Of a DNA stretch of 64,000 nt, positions 10,942 through 22,031 are shown one piece after another. Position numbers and translations under genes: made by a program. The notes beneath the pieces were generated by a model. The model did not search any database. It was not told the DNA's origin and saw only the letters and a program-made list of their open reading frames with translations. Origin of the DNA: Candidatus Versatilivorator sp. (lineage in GTDB: Bacteria > Acidobacteriota > Terriglobia > Versatilivoradales > Versatilivoraceae); NCBI GenBank assembly GCA_965207735.1, contig OZ242296.1, positions 896,001 through 960,000 of the forward strand, written 5' to 3'. The first letter of the stretch is position 1. Each line of letters starts with the position of its first letter.

Positions 10942-11943
10942 TCAGCCGCCGGACTGCTTCATCCAGCTCATCATGTCCCTCAACCCCTTGCCCACCTGCT
11001 CGATGGGATGTTCGGCCTCCCGGCGCCGATTGGCGTTCATGGAAGCCCGCCCGGACTGGTTCTCAAGGATGAATTCCCTGGCAAAATTGCCGTTGCAGAC
11101 ATTTTCCAGGATGTCCTGCATGGAATCCCGCACCGCCTGGTTGACGATCTGCGGCCCCCGGGTATAGTCGCCGTACTCGGCGGTGTCGCTGATGGAATAG
11201 CGCATGTAGGACAAGCCGCCTTGATACATGAGGTCCACGATTAACTTCATCTCGTGAAGACATTCAAAATAAGCCACTTCCGGTTGGTATCCAGCCTTGA
11301 TGAGAGTCTCGAATCCGGCCTTGACCAAGGCGGAAGTCCCGCCGCAGAGGACGGCCTGCTCACCGAATAGATCGGTCTCGGTCTCCTCCTTGAAGGTGGT
11401 CTCGATCACTCCGGCCCGGGCGGCGCCGATTCCCTTGGCATAGGCCAGCGCCACGTCCAGGGCATGGTTGGAAGCGTCTTGCTCGATGGCAACCAGGGCG
11501 GGGACGCCCGCTCCCTCCTGGTAGACCTGGCGGACCATGTGCCCGGGGCTCTTGGGAGCGATCATGGAGACATCCACCTCCGGCGGCGGCACGACCTGGC
11601 TGAAGTGAATGTTGAATCCGTGGCTGAACATCAGGGTCTTGCCGGCCGACAGGTGCGGCTTGATGGAGGCTTCGAACACCGCCCGCTGCGTCTGGTCGGG
11701 AACCAGGATCATGATCACCTGGGATTGGGCCGACGCCTCATCCACTGTCGCGACCTGGAGGCCTTCGCCCTCGGCCTTGGACCAGGAGCGGCTCCCCTCA
11801 TAGAGCCCCACCACCACTTCCAGACCGCTGTCTCTGAGATTCAGGGCATGGGCATGTCCTTGACTGCCGTAGCCGATGATGGCAATTTTCTTTTCCTTCA
11901 GGTGAGCCAGATCTGCATCTTCATCGTGATAAACTTTCGCCAT
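10942..11943 (-). CDS. ilvC: ketol-acid reductoisomerase
   Basis: [51 protein letters not shown]. Start placed at [12 protein letters not shown]. Confidence 0.97.
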   Translation of the reverse strand: MAKVYHDEDADLAHLKEKKIAIIGYGSQGHAHALNLRDSGLEVVVGLYEGSRSWSKAEGEGLQVATVDEASAQSQVIMILVPDQTQRAVFEASIKPHLSAGKTLMFSHGFNIHFSQVVPPPEVDVSMIAPKSPGHMVRQVYQEGAGVPALVAIEQDASNHALDVALAYAKGIGAARAGVIETTFKEETETDLFGEQAVLCGGTSALVKAGFETLIKAGYQPEVAYFECLHEMKLIVDLMYQGGLSYMRYSISDTAEYGDYTRGPQIVNQAVRDSMQDILENVCNGNFAREFILENQSGRASMNANRRREAEHPIEQVGKGLRDMMSWMKQSGG

Positions 11944-12287
11944 TGACGCGTCCTCGCTTGGATATGGATTCGGTCCGGCAACAGGTTCGCGGGTTCTCGA
12001 TTCCCTGAACGGGGCAACTCCCATCCCGGCCCATGGATGCTGCCCATGTTACACCAAGGCATCGCCTGCCTTCAAAAAACTCGGTAGTGTCTCGGTAAGT
12101 CCGGGGTCAGGGTAGCGATGGGAGAATCGCATGGACTTCCGGGGCGCCATTCCGGCGGTGATTGGATTCCTCATCGTTTGTTACTACGAGGCCCTATTGG
12201 TGGAACTGATCCCATGGGTCTGGCACTAATTGATGGATCAGAAAGACCCGAAGCCCGAGAAAATCAACTGACCAGGCAGGTGCCACC

Positions 12288-14057
12288 TTGCAACCCTTCA
12301 CGCTCTCTCTGCTGGCCACTCTCCCCATCGTTGCGGTAGCCCTGCTGCTGGTGCTGCTGCGGTGGCCCGCCCGGCGAGCCATGCCCATCGCCTACCTGGT
12401 AACCGCCGCGCTGGGGCTGTTGGTGTGGCAGGTACCGGCGCGACAGTTGGCCGCGGCCACCATCAACGGCCTGGTGGTTGCCGCCACCCTGCTCTACATC
12501 ATCTTCGGAGCCATCCTGCTGCTCAACACGCTGAGGCGGAGCGGGGCCATTCAGGCCATCCGGAGCGGCTTCACCAACGTGACCCCCGATCGACGGATTC
12601 AGGTGGTGATTATCGCCTGGTTGTTCGGCACCTTCATCGAAGGCGCGGCCGGCTTCGGAACACCGGCAGCCATCGCCGTCCCCCTGCTGGTCGGACTGGG
12701 ATTTCCGGCCATGGGCGCGGTCATGGCGGGAATGATCATTCAGAGCACGCCCGTCTCTTTCGGGGCCGTGGGAACCCCCATCCTGATCGGGGTCAACAGC
12801 GGGCTGGCCGCCGATGCCTCCATTCAGGCCTTCGCCCTCCAGGCCGGATTCGCCGATTGGAACGGATTTCTCTCCGAAATCGGCTTCCGGGTAGCGCTGT
12901 TGCACACCGCCGCCGGGACCCTGGTGCCCCTGTTCGTGGTGGCGCTGACGACTCGCTTCTTCGGCAGGAACCGATCCTGGGCGGAGGGTTTGCGGGTATG
13001 GCCCTTTGCGCTCATGGCCGCCTTTGCCATGACCCTTCCCTATCTGTTGGTAGCCAGGTTTCTCGGTCCCGAGTTCCCCTCTCTGTTCGGCGGCCTTATG
13101 GGCCTGGTTCTGGTGATCCTAGCCGCCAAAAAGGGCATTTTCATGCCTCGACCCGAGGACCGTTGGGATTTCGATGCTCCCGAAAACTGGCCTGGCCACT
13201 GGACCGGATCGCTGCAACTCGAGGAGGAGCCACCGGCCGGCTCCATGGGACTGTTGAGAGCCTGGACCCCCTATCTGCTGGTGGGCCTGCTGCTGGTGCT
13301 CACGCGCCTGGGATTCCTTCCGTTCCTGGAATGGACCCGGGCCTGGACCCTCTCCTTCCCCAACATCCTGGACACCGCAATCTCGGCCCAAGTACAGCCC
13401 CTCTACCTGCCCGGAACCATTTTCCTGGTGGTCTCCGTGCTGACCTGCTGGGCTCACCGCTTGAGCCTCTCCCGATTCCGCGAGGTCTGGATCCAATCGG
13501 CCAGGACCACCGCGGCCGCCTCGGTAGCCCTCATCTTCACCGTCCCCATGGTGCAGGTATTCATCAACTCGGATGGAGGCGCTGCCGGCTACGACAAGAT
13601 GCCGATCGTGCTGGCTGCCGGCGTGGCCGCCCTGGCCCAGACCGCCTGGCCGATCTTCGCCCCGTTCATCGGTGGCCTGGGGGCTTTCGTGGCCGGCAGC
13701 AACACCGTCAGCAACATGATGTTCTCCCTGTTCCAGTTTGGAGTGGGGCAGCGCATCGGGGCCGATCCGGTCTGGATGGTGGCCCTGCAAGCGGTAGGCG
13801 GGGCCGCCGGCAACATGATCTGCGTGCACAACGTGGTGGCGGCTTCGGCGGTGGCCGGGCTGGTCGGCAAGGAAGGGGCCATCATTCGCCTGACCCTGCT
13901 TCCCTTCACCACCTACGCCCTGTTGGCGGGTGCTCTGGGTTATGCGATCGTGTGGCATTCCCGGCAAGGCTGGCTGAATCCGGGAACGTTCATCGTCCTA
14001 CTGATTGCGGGCGCCGTCGTGTGGCTGATCGCCGCCAGCCGGCGCCGTGCCGGGTAG
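12288..14057 (+). CDS. lctP: L-lactate permease (LctP family)
   Basis: DRRIQVVIIAWLFGTFIEGAAGFGTP, PVSFGAVGTP, GSNTVSN, GAAGNMI; many TM segments. Confidence 0.9.
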   Translation: MQPFTLSLLATLPIVAVALLLVLLRWPARRAMPIAYLVTAALGLLVWQVPARQLAAATINGLVVAATLLYIIFGAILLLNTLRRSGAIQAIRSGFTNVTPDRRIQVVIIAWLFGTFIEGAAGFGTPAAIAVPLLVGLGFPAMGAVMAGMIIQSTPVSFGAVGTPILIGVNSGLAADASIQAFALQAGFADWNGFLSEIGFRVALLHTAAGTLVPLFVVALTTRFFGRNRSWAEGLRVWPFALMAAFAMTLPYLLVARFLGPEFPSLFGGLMGLVLVILAAKKGIFMPRPEDRWDFDAPENWPGHWTGSLQLEEEPPAGSMGLLRAWTPYLLVGLLLVLTRLGFLPFLEWTRAWTLSFPNILDTAISAQVQPLYLPGTIFLVVSVLTCWAHRLSLSRFREVWIQSARTTAAASVALIFTVPMVQVFINSDGGAAGYDKMPIVLAAGVAALAQTAWPIFAPFIGGLGAFVAGSNTVSNMMFSLFQFGVGQRIGADPVWMVALQAVGGAAGNMICVHNVVAASAVAGLVGKEGAIIRLTLLPFTTYALLAGALGYAIVWHSRQGWLNPGTFIVLLIAGAVVWLIAASRRRAG

Positions 14058-14059
14058 GG

Positions 14060-15232
14060 TTACATACCGGCCAGGGCCTGTTCCATCAGGTCCATTCCGG
14101 TCACCAGGTTCTCCATGCTGGTGGCAAAGGAGATTCGGACGTGGCCTTCCATGCCGAAGGCTGAACCCGGGACCACGGCCACCCCCGATTGGCGTAGCAG
14201 CCAGGTCGAAAACTCCACCGAGTCCGCCACCTCCCTCCCGAAGTAACTGGAAACGTTGGGGAAGGCGTAGAAGGCTCCCCCCGGATTGGCGCAACTCAGT
14301 CCGGGCATCCCATTGAGCCGCTCCACCACGTAGCGCCGCCTGCGCTCGTACTCGGCAATCATCTGGGAAACCGATTCCTGGCTGCCGAGGATGGACTCCA
14401 GGGCCGCCTTCTGGGAAACCGAGGCCGGGTTGGCGCTATGACTCTGGACGTTGCTGACGCTCCTGGCGACTTCACGGGGAGCCACCAGGTACCCGATGCG
14501 CCATCCGGTCATGGCATAGGTCTTGGAAGCGGTGTTGACCACCAGGGAGACGTGCTTGGCGCGGTCGGCATACCGAGCCAGCGAGGTGTGCTTGTTTCCG
14601 TCAAAGACAAAAAATTCGTAGCACTCGTCAAAGATGATCATCAGATTCCGGTCCAGGGCCAGGTCCACGATCCGGTCCATCTCCTCGGCCGGAATGACCG
14701 CGCCGGTAGGATTATTGGGAGTGTTGACCACCATGGCTCGGGTGCGCGAGGTTACCTTGGCTTCCAGCGCCGATGCCTTGAGAACGAAGTCGTCCTCCTC
14801 CCGGGTCATGACCTCGACAGGAACCGCTCCAACCATCTTGAATTGCTCCGGAAAGGTCACCCAGTAGGGGACGGGAAGAAGCACCTCGTCCCCTTCCTCG
14901 AAAAGAGCGAAGGCCAGATTGAACAATGTGTGCTTGGCGCCGCAGGAGATCACCACCTCGGGCACGGAGTAGTCGACTCCATACTGGCGGTGGTACTTTT
15001 CCACCACGGCTTCCCGCAGATCCTTGATGCCGGGGGCCGAGGTGTAGCGAGTAAAGTTCTCATCGATGGCCCGGTGACCTACGCCCTTGATGTTGTCGGG
15101 TGTGTTGAAGTCCGGCTCACCGATGCTGAAGTCGACCACGCTGCGACCCTCGGAGCGCAGGCGGTTGGCCTCTTCCGATACCGCCATGGTCGGCGAGGGC
15201 GAAAGGCGTCCGACCCGTTTGGCTAGTTTCAT
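14060..15232 (-). CDS. class I/II PLP-dependent aminotransferase (aspartate aminotransferase-like)
   Basis: GEPDFNTP, NTPNNPTG, DECY, SKTYAMTGWRIG, GAFYAFP. Confidence 0.93.
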   Translation of the reverse strand: MKLAKRVGRLSPSPTMAVSEEANRLRSEGRSVVDFSIGEPDFNTPDNIKGVGHRAIDENFTRYTSAPGIKDLREAVVEKYHRQYGVDYSVPEVVISCGAKHTLFNLAFALFEEGDEVLLPVPYWVTFPEQFKMVGAVPVEVMTREEDDFVLKASALEAKVTSRTRAMVVNTPNNPTGAVIPAEEMDRIVDLALDRNLMIIFDECYEFFVFDGNKHTSLARYADRAKHVSLVVNTASKTYAMTGWRIGYLVAPREVARSVSNVQSHSANPASVSQKAALESILGSQESVSQMIAEYERRRRYVVERLNGMPGLSCANPGGAFYAFPNVSSYFGREVADSVEFSTWLLRQSGVAVVPGSAFGMEGHVRISFATSMENLVTGMDLMEQALAGM

Positions 15233-15426
15233 CGTTTCTCCCCGCGTCAATTCCAGTCATTTCAGGCTTCCAGCCGGGCTTCAGGCGGCCCCGGAGGAAG
15301 CAGAGTATATTGAGTTCCCAAAGTAAAGTAAAACCGTTCCGGCACCCGTCCCGTCAAGGCCCCAACACCCATTTGGGGGGGATGGCGAAGCGTCGGACGC
15401 CTACGCAAACCACGCCTACCTCCATG

Positions 15427-15514
15427 TGCTGTCGCCGCCTACGCGGCTCGACACTTACGCAACGCAATCCATGGGCTTACGCCCACGGCTACCTGCTGTC
15501 GCCGCTTTGCGGCT
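15427..15514. repeat. REP-like element
   Basis: Two copies of TGCTGTCGCCGC(CTAC/TTT)GCGGCT flanking the hairpin CCATGGGCTTACGCCCACGG. Confidence 0.65.
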
Positions 15515-15743
15515 TACTGGAACCCCGCGCTGGGGTGGGGGTAATATAATGGAAAATCTTATCCCCCGGCAGCGTTGTGGGTAAGGGAAGAGATCGGTGT
15601 GGGTGTGGTCGGGGATGACGCGCCCGCTTGGATGTCCCGCGAGATCAAGGCCATCTGCGCACCCATCATGGCAGGGGCAGCCGGTGCTTTTCGAGTTCGC
15701 AGCGCCGGCTCAGCGCCGTTCGCTTAAGCGCCGGCGGGCGCCG

Positions 15744-16061
15744 TCACGCGACCGCGCTGAGACCATTCTTCGCCACCAGCGTCAGCAGCTTCAACGACGC
15801 GCCCCGTGGCCTCTTCTCGCCACGTTCCCATTGGCTCACCAGGCCCGTGGTCACGTTGAGGTAGCGCGCGAACACCGCCTGACTCGCGTGCTCGCGAAGC
15901 CGAAGCTCGCGAATTTCCTGCGGCCTCATCTCCTCGACCGGTGTGAGACACATCTCGTCGAACGCTCTCATGGTCCGCTTTTTCATGACCCCCGCCTCGG
16001 TCAAACCAAGGGCCGTCTCGTGCGCAGCCGCCAAGGCCTCACTCTTGTAGCGCTTCGTCAT
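15744..16061 (-). CDS. XRE-family HTH protein (HigA-like antitoxin)
   Basis: AAHETALGL...TMRAFD...EIRELRLREHASQAVFARYLNVTTGLVSQWERGEKRPRG. Confidence 0.9.
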   Translation of the reverse strand: MTKRYKSEALAAAHETALGLTEAGVMKKRTMRAFDEMCLTPVEEMRPQEIRELRLREHASQAVFARYLNVTTGLVSQWERGEKRPRGASLKLLTLVAKNGLSAVA

Positions 16062-16211
16062 CGCATGTCACCTCGACGAGCGCAAACCGAGCCTCGACAA
16101 CGCATGACATCATGCCGATTCTATAACACCAAGTGAGGCAGTTGTCAATCCGTCCCGACATCCGTCCCGACGGTCTCCGCCGTTTTCGAGCCCTGTCGAC
16201 ACCCACCCCGG

Positions 16212-16955
16212 TCAACCGCCGTCCCGGCCGGAGTGGGTGTTGGCCCGGGCGTACCACTTCCACTGCCTCAGGATTCCCCGCAGAATTCGGATGTCGCGGT
16301 CATCCAGTGCAGCCCGCGCCAGCATTTGACGCAAGGTCATCATGATTTCCCGGGGATTCTGTTTCTTGAGGAACTGCATCTCCTTCAGGCATCCCTCCAG
16401 ATCTTGCGAAAAGGCCTCGATTTGACCCAGCTCCGCCAGCTCCCGGCCCTCTTTGGACGGGGACTCACACAATCCCTGCGAAAGCTCGTAGGCCAGGATG
16501 GCCACGGCATGGGCCAGATTGAGAGAGGGGAACCCGGGGTCGGTCGGAATCTTCACCTGCCAGTGGCAATGCTGCAGGTGTTCATTGGTCAGGCCCGTTC
16601 GTTCCGGCCCGAAGACGATGGCAACCTCGTGGCCGGGGGCCAGCCGCTTCAGCTCGGCTGCCATCTCCCGGGGCCTCAGCGACCGTTCGAACCATCTCGC
16701 CGGTCGGGAGCCGGTGGCCACACTCAGGTGAAAGGACTTCAGGGCCGAGTCCAGCCCATTGGTCCGCACGGCCGTTTCCAGCAAGTCGTGGGCGCCGCGG
16801 GCCCGCTGCCGCGCCTCCTCGGTCAGATCGGCCTGACAATCCACCAGGATGAGTCGTTTCAGGCCCATGTTCTTCATCACACGAGCCACCGAACCCAGGT
16901 TCCCCGGGGAACTGGTCTCCACCAGCACGATGGCAATGCGGCCGAGATCGAACAT
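16212..16955 (-). CDS. trmJ: tRNA C32/U32 2'-O-methyltransferase (TrmJ/LasT, SPOUT family)
   Basis: IVLVETSSPGNLGSVARVMKNMG, FGPERTGLTN, SLNLAHAV, ILRGIL. Confidence 0.85.
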   Translation of the reverse strand: MFDLGRIAIVLVETSSPGNLGSVARVMKNMGLKRLILVDCQADLTEEARQRARGAHDLLETAVRTNGLDSALKSFHLSVATGSRPARWFERSLRPREMAAELKRLAPGHEVAIVFGPERTGLTNEHLQHCHWQVKIPTDPGFPSLNLAHAVAILAYELSQGLCESPSKEGRELAELGQIEAFSQDLEGCLKEMQFLKKQNPREIMMTLRQMLARAALDDRDIRILRGILRQWKWYARANTHSGRDGG

Positions 16956-17057
16956 GGGCGGGACGCCGGCAATTCTAGCGGGAAGTGCCCTACAGGGTGA
17001 TGATGCGCGCTGCTTGCGTGAAACGCCTCCGTTTCTCAAACCCGGCAGGATCAGCCA

Positions 17058-17759
17058 CTATTCGGGTTGGGGCGCTCCTTCAGGTAGCAATTGTCCCTTT
17101 TCCAAATAGCGGATCTTGCTGGCGTGGCGGGCGGCATGGGGATCGTGGGTCACCATCAGGATGGTTTTCCCATGATCGCGGTTCAACCTGGAAAGGATGG
17201 TGAGGATCTCCTGGGCCGACTGGGCGTCCAGGTCTCCGGTAGGCTCATCGGCCAGGATGATGGAGGGATCGCTCACAATGGCCCGGGCGATGGCCACCCG
17301 TTGCTCCTGGCCGCCCGAGAGCTGGCGTGGATAGTGATCCATCCGGTCCGACAATCCAACCAGCCCCAGAGCGGTGGCGGCATGCTCGGCCCGCTCCTGC
17401 CGGCTGAGGCGGGTCAACAGCAGGGGAAGCTCCACGTTCTCTCGGGCTGTCAAGACGGGAATGAGGTTGAAGGTCTGAAAGATGAACCCGATGTTCTCGT
17501 TCCTCCAGTCCGCCATGGCCCGCTCCTTGAGCTGCAGGAGGTCTCGGCCCAGAACCTTGACCCAGCCCCGGGTGGGCCGGTCGATGGCGGCAATGATATA
17601 GAGCAAGGTGGACTTGCCCGACCCCGAGGGGCCCATGAACGCCACAAATTCTCCTCTTTGAACCGTCAGATGAACATCCTGCAAGGCGATGACCTGAAAG
17701 GCATCCCGCTGGAATTCCTTGTGCAGGTCAGTGGCCTCCACCACCAGATCGTTGACCAT
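17058..17759 (-). CDS. ABC transporter ATP-binding protein (LolD/MacB-like)
   Basis: [38 protein letters not shown]. Confidence 0.95.
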   Translation of the reverse strand: MVNDLVVEATDLHKEFQRDAFQVIALQDVHLTVQRGEFVAFMGPSGSGKSTLLYIIAAIDRPTRGWVKVLGRDLLQLKERAMADWRNENIGFIFQTFNLIPVLTARENVELPLLLTRLSRQERAEHAATALGLVGLSDRMDHYPRQLSGGQEQRVAIARAIVSDPSIILADEPTGDLDAQSAQEILTILSRLNRDHGKTILMVTHDPHAARHASKIRYLEKGQLLPEGAPQPE

Positions 17760-17787
17760 GCGTTCCCCTGTTTGACGAACAGCCTCG

Positions 17788-19167
17788 CTAATTCCCTGCC
17801 TTGCGCACCCGGTCTCCGTCCGCCAGGTTGCCGGGTGGACTCACGACGATCTCTTCCCCGCCGATCAGACCGTCACTGACGACTACACCCTCGGCGGTAA
17901 GGTCTCCAATCCGTACAGGGAGTTCCCTGACCCGGTCCTGCACAACCACCAGCACCGTCTTGCGGCCGTCCCGGTCGCGGACAGACGCGCTGGGCACGGT
18001 AATGCGGGAACCCGAAAGGACCCGGTCTCCGTTGGGTGGCTGGTCGGGAGCCAGGAAGGCGACCTGGGCATTCATTTCAGGCCTGAGGAAGGCGTCGGGA
18101 TCGACCACCTGGACCTTGACTTGCACGGTCGCCTTCTGACGGTTGGCCTCCGGTGAAATCTCGGCAATATAGCCCCGGTAGGACCGGTCCGGAAAGGCGT
18201 CGGTCCTGATGGCGGCCTGCTGCTTCATGGAGAGCCTGGAGAAGTCGTCCTGGCTGATGTCCAGTTCCACCTGAAGGTCATTCAGATCGGCCATGGTGAC
18301 CACGTAGCCCTTGGCCCCGCGCTCGCCCACAAAGCTGGTGGTGACAAACTCTCCCATCTCCACCGCCTTCTCCAGAATCGTCCCGGTGATCGGGGCTCGA
18401 ATCACCGTGGAGTCCAGGAAGGTCCGGCGAAGCGCCAACTCTCCCCGGGCCTGCTTGACCCGTCCCCTCATGGCCTCGATCTGCTCCTCCCGCGGACCCA
18501 ATCGCACCAGGTCGGCTTCCCTGGCCAGCGACTCCACCCTCGCCGACTCCGCTTCGAAGCGGGCCTGGGCGTTGTCCAGGTCCTGCCGGGGCAGCACTTC
18601 TTCCTCAAAGAGCTTTCTCACCCGTTCCAGGTTGATCCGGGCGTTCTTCAGATCGGCCTGGGCGCGGGCCAGGTTGGCGTTAGCCTTGGCGATCTCTTCG
18701 GGACGGGAGCCGGTTTCCAGCTCGCTCAGTTGGGCCAGCAAACTGGCCAATTGTCCCTCTGCCTGCTGAGCCTGAGCCCGATACTCGGCATCCTCCAACC
18801 TCACAAGAACCTGTCCCTGTTGGACCAGATCGCCTTTCTCGACGCCGATCCGGGCGACCTTTCCCACCACCTTGGCCGTCAACTGAATCTTGCGATGGGC
18901 CACGATGTACCCGGAGGCGTTCAGGATTATTCCGGGACCCTCGGATCCGGATTGCGCCCCCGCGACCACCCGGAAGACCTCCACTTCGATCTCCTGCCTG
19001 GAGAATCGGGTCGCGGTGACGGCTGCGCTCACCACCACCAGCAACACGATACCGGCAAGGATCCAGCGGGATGTCCAGCGCGAGGCGCCTTTCGAGGAAC
19101 GCCTGTGGCTCCTGTGGATTCTCAGGCTGTCGAGCTCCTGGTCCAGATTTTTCCCGGATTCAACCAC
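17788..19167 (-). CDS. efflux periplasmic adaptor subunit (HlyD/MacA-like)
   Basis: N-terminal TM, lipoyl halves ([19 protein letters not shown]), long coiled coil, LRPEMNA. Confidence 0.9.
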   Translation of the reverse strand: MVESGKNLDQELDSLRIHRSHRRSSKGASRWTSRWILAGIVLLVVVSAAVTATRFSRQEIEVEVFRVVAGAQSGSEGPGIILNASGYIVAHRKIQLTAKVVGKVARIGVEKGDLVQQGQVLVRLEDAEYRAQAQQAEGQLASLLAQLSELETGSRPEEIAKANANLARAQADLKNARINLERVRKLFEEEVLPRQDLDNAQARFEAESARVESLAREADLVRLGPREEQIEAMRGRVKQARGELALRRTFLDSTVIRAPITGTILEKAVEMGEFVTTSFVGERGAKGYVVTMADLNDLQVELDISQDDFSRLSMKQQAAIRTDAFPDRSYRGYIAEISPEANRQKATVQVKVQVVDPDAFLRPEMNAQVAFLAPDQPPNGDRVLSGSRITVPSASVRDRDGRKTVLVVVQDRVRELPVRIGDLTAEGVVVSDGLIGGEEIVVSPPGNLADGDRVRKAGN

Positions 19168-19170
19168 CGG

Positions 19171-20334
19171 CTACAACTCCCGCAGTGCACTGAGGATACT
19201 TTCCCTGGCGGCCCCTCGGGCCGGCAACAGTCCGCCCAGCAGCCCCATGATCGAGGCGAATCCGACACCCGCGGCCACGATGGCCGGGGAAAGTCGAAAA
19301 TCGAAACCGGTCTCACTGAAGGTGAGATTGTTGCCGATGCCGGACTCCAGGCCATGCAGCGGCAACACCAGCAGCACCCCGATCAACCCGCCCAGCAGGG
19401 AAAGCAGCAGCGACTCGATCATAAAGGCCAGCAGGATGCTGCCACCGGAAAAGCCCAGTACCCGCAGAGTGCCGATCTCCCGGGCCCGCCGCGCCACGGC
19501 GGCGTACATGGTGTTCATGGCGGCAAAGCAGCTTCCCACCGCCATGATGACAGCTACGAAGATGCCCAGAAACTTCACCGGCTCGGCCGAGTTGGTCTGC
19601 TCCAGATAGTAATCCACTTCCCTTTTGCCTTCCAGGTAAAGCCGCTGATCGTCGGCCACGGCGTTCTGGAGCGCCTGCAGGCTCACCGGATCGGAGGCGC
19701 GGACCAGGACCGAGGAAAGGACTTCCATGCGATTGGAGTCGGTGGCCAGTTGATTAAGACCGACCCAGATCTCGCTGTCGAAGGCGGTGTTGCCGGCGTC
19801 AAGAACACCGACCACGTTCCAGTCGCCGCGGCCGAAGCGCAGCCGGTCTCCCACCCCGGCGTTGACGTACCGCCTGGCGATCGACTTCCCCACCACCACT
19901 TCCCGTTGACCCGGCCGGAACCAGCGGCCCTCGATCAACTTCAGGTTGGACCGCATTCGGATTCCCATCGGAGGGAGGCCGCGGATGTTCACGTTGGCCC
20001 CGTCGGGACTGTTGTGACGCGGCAAATTGATGACAGTCACAATCTCAGGGGAAACCATCGGCTCCCCGTCCAGTTGCTGAATCCCCGGCTTGTTGCGGAT
20101 GCTGGACACGGCCTCGCGGTTGATCTGACTGACCAGCTCCGAGAGGGAGTTCTTCCTCATCACCAGCAGGTGAAGGGGATGTCCGGTGGCCTGGAGAGCC
20201 TTATCCAATCCTCCGACCAGTGCCAGAATTCCCAGCAGCACCGCCACCGTGAGCCCGATGCCCAGGGCGGTCATCAGGGTGGTGGTCTTGCGGACCGTCA
20301 GGTTCTTCAGGTTGTAGGAAAGAGGCAACGACAT
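19171..20334 (-). CDS. ABC transporter permease (MacB/FtsX family)
   Basis: N-terminal TM, periplasmic domain, and FtsX motif RAREIGTLRVLGF...PARGA. Confidence 0.9.
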   Translation of the reverse strand: MSLPLSYNLKNLTVRKTTTLMTALGIGLTVAVLLGILALVGGLDKALQATGHPLHLLVMRKNSLSELVSQINREAVSSIRNKPGIQQLDGEPMVSPEIVTVINLPRHNSPDGANVNIRGLPPMGIRMRSNLKLIEGRWFRPGQREVVVGKSIARRYVNAGVGDRLRFGRGDWNVVGVLDAGNTAFDSEIWVGLNQLATDSNRMEVLSSVLVRASDPVSLQALQNAVADDQRLYLEGKREVDYYLEQTNSAEPVKFLGIFVAVIMAVGSCFAAMNTMYAAVARRAREIGTLRVLGFSGGSILLAFMIESLLLSLLGGLIGVLLVLPLHGLESGIGNNLTFSETGFDFRLSPAIVAAGVGFASIMGLLGGLLPARGAARESILSALREL

Positions 20335-20489
20335 GTCGAGACTCAGGACTTCTCAACCAATTCAGTAATTGTGACCGCCGGGAGGAGCGCCATCCGACGA
20401 AGATGGCGCCAGACAAAGCGGTTCCATCGATTCAAGGCAAACTCTCTACTCCTCCTGCTGCCCGACCAACCGTTACGAAGCACCGCTTG

Positions 20490-21647
20490 TCACCCCGTAT
20501 GACGGAGGGCCGAAGTGATCGGCAGGCGGGTGGCTCCCAAGGCCGGGACCAGGGAGCTCAGGATGCCGATGGCCAGGGCAATGGAAAGACTTATCAGGAA
20601 CACCGGCGGCGAAAAAGACAGCCCGGAAAGCATGAGCTGCGACTGCCGCAACACTCCCGATGCCCCCCAGGCCAGGCCGCAACCCACCAGGCCCCCCGCC
20701 AGGGATATCAGGACGGCCTCGGCCACAATCATGGTCAGCACCCTTCCGGAGGTGAAACCCAGCGTCTTGAGTACCCCGATTTCGGTGATCCGCTCGCGCA
20801 CCGACATGCCCATGGTGTTGGCGGCCACCAGCAGGATGGTGAACACCAGTGCCCCGCAAATGCTGAGCAGGAACACCTTGACGTTGCCCAGCATGGAAAC
20901 GAAGCTCAACTGAAAGGCTCGCTCGGTCTCGGTCTTGGTCTGCCGCTCCGAATTTCGGAAAAGATCGTCGACCTGGCGCGCGATGCGCGGAACCGCCTCG
21001 GCGGAATCCGCCAGGATGCCGAAGGTTCCCACCATCCCGCGCCGGGACTGGGGCAGGCCCTCTTCCAGGTATTTCCGGTGAAAATACATCGCGAAGTCCT
21101 GGTTTTCGACATCGGCCGCGAAGATGGCCCGAATGGTCAATTCCAGGTCCACCGGATAGATATCCCCCTTGATGGTGACCCGCTGACCCAGCTTGAAGTT
21201 CAGCCGCTCTGCCAGGCTCTTGCCGACAGCCGCGGCCGTGCGTTCCGACTGGAAGGCCTTGAGCTGCTCGGGAGGCACAGTGAATTCCTTGTAAATCTCA
21301 AAGATCCTGTCCGGGTCGGTGGCAAACCGCGGGAAAAAATTCTCCGGCCGATTGTCGATATAGACCCCGCCGAACCACGAGCTTGGCACCAGCTCGCGCA
21401 CGCCGGGCACCTTGCGGATCTGCTGTTCATAGTATTCGGGAAGGGAGAAGGTCAGTGAGACCCGATTCCGGGTCACCAGTCGCAGGGCTTGCTCGGGAGG
21501 ACCCTCCTGGTGGTAGAAGGCGTGATAGACCGAGAGAAGTACTCCCAGGAGAAACAGGGAAATACTGATGCTGGCAACCGTCAGCAGCGTTCGGCGCCGG
21601 TTGCGCAGCGCATTCTTCAGAGCCAGGCCCAGGGTATCCCGGAACAC
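20490..21647 (-). CDS. ABC transporter permease (MacB/FtsX family)
   Basis: KNALRNRRRTLLT; VRERITEIGVLKTLGF. Confidence 0.9.
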   Translation of the reverse strand: MFRDTLGLALKNALRNRRRTLLTVASISISLFLLGVLLSVYHAFYHQEGPPEQALRLVTRNRVSLTFSLPEYYEQQIRKVPGVRELVPSSWFGGVYIDNRPENFFPRFATDPDRIFEIYKEFTVPPEQLKAFQSERTAAAVGKSLAERLNFKLGQRVTIKGDIYPVDLELTIRAIFAADVENQDFAMYFHRKYLEEGLPQSRRGMVGTFGILADSAEAVPRIARQVDDLFRNSERQTKTETERAFQLSFVSMLGNVKVFLLSICGALVFTILLVAANTMGMSVRERITEIGVLKTLGFTSGRVLTMIVAEAVLISLAGGLVGCGLAWGASGVLRQSQLMLSGLSFSPPVFLISLSIALAIGILSSLVPALGATRLPITSALRHTG

Positions 21648-21744
21648 GGAGAATCTCGCTTCCCGCAGGGAGACAGCAGCATCCCCTGCTGATTGTCAGA
21701 CTAGCACAACTCGCGCAGGCTCGGGCAAAGCGCCCTCGATGTCC

Positions 21745-21954
21745 CTACCCGGTCCCCGTACCATCCTGCCGGTCCCTTCCCCGGGAGTCTCCTCCCAAGG
21801 GACTGGAACATCCCCGGCAATGGGTTCTTCGCCGCGCATTCAGGATCCCGCAGCTCCGGCAGCGGTTGTACATGAAGTGGGTGAACCATTGGGTCAGGAG
21901 GGCGCTCCCACCCAGGATCAACACCGCCAGTAGGACATTGAGGGCTGTTTCCAT
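21745..21954 (-). CDS. small membrane protein with zinc-ribbon motif
   Basis: N-terminal TM followed by CRSC-x10-CRGC; co-oriented with its neighbours. Confidence 0.6.
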   Translation of the reverse strand: METALNVLLAVLILGGSALLTQWFTHFMYNRCRSCGILNARRRTHCRGCSSPLGGDSRGRDRQDGTGTG

Positions 21955-22031
21955 GACAGCAGCACACTGAGAATGGCGCCAGCTCAGGAGGGGTCCAGGC
22001 AGCCCTTGCCGCCAGACGCGGGCGGGGCGCG

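Noticed and set aside
12362-14164. Long alternative-frame or antisense ORFs (also 18730-20502, 34132-36138, 51501-53180, 28272-29678 and others)
   Set aside because: They overlap well-supported genes and are the shadow ORFs expected in high-GC DNA; none has recognisable motifs.
15260-15310. SRP RNA (ffs) because of CCGGAGGAAGCAG
   Set aside because: It lacks the full CAGG-x-CCGGAAGG-AAGCAGC motif and the enclosing stem.
17058-21647. ABC exporter with two MacB-type permeases as a novel system
   Set aside because: The adaptor + two permeases + ATPase arrangement is common, and no cargo gene is evident.
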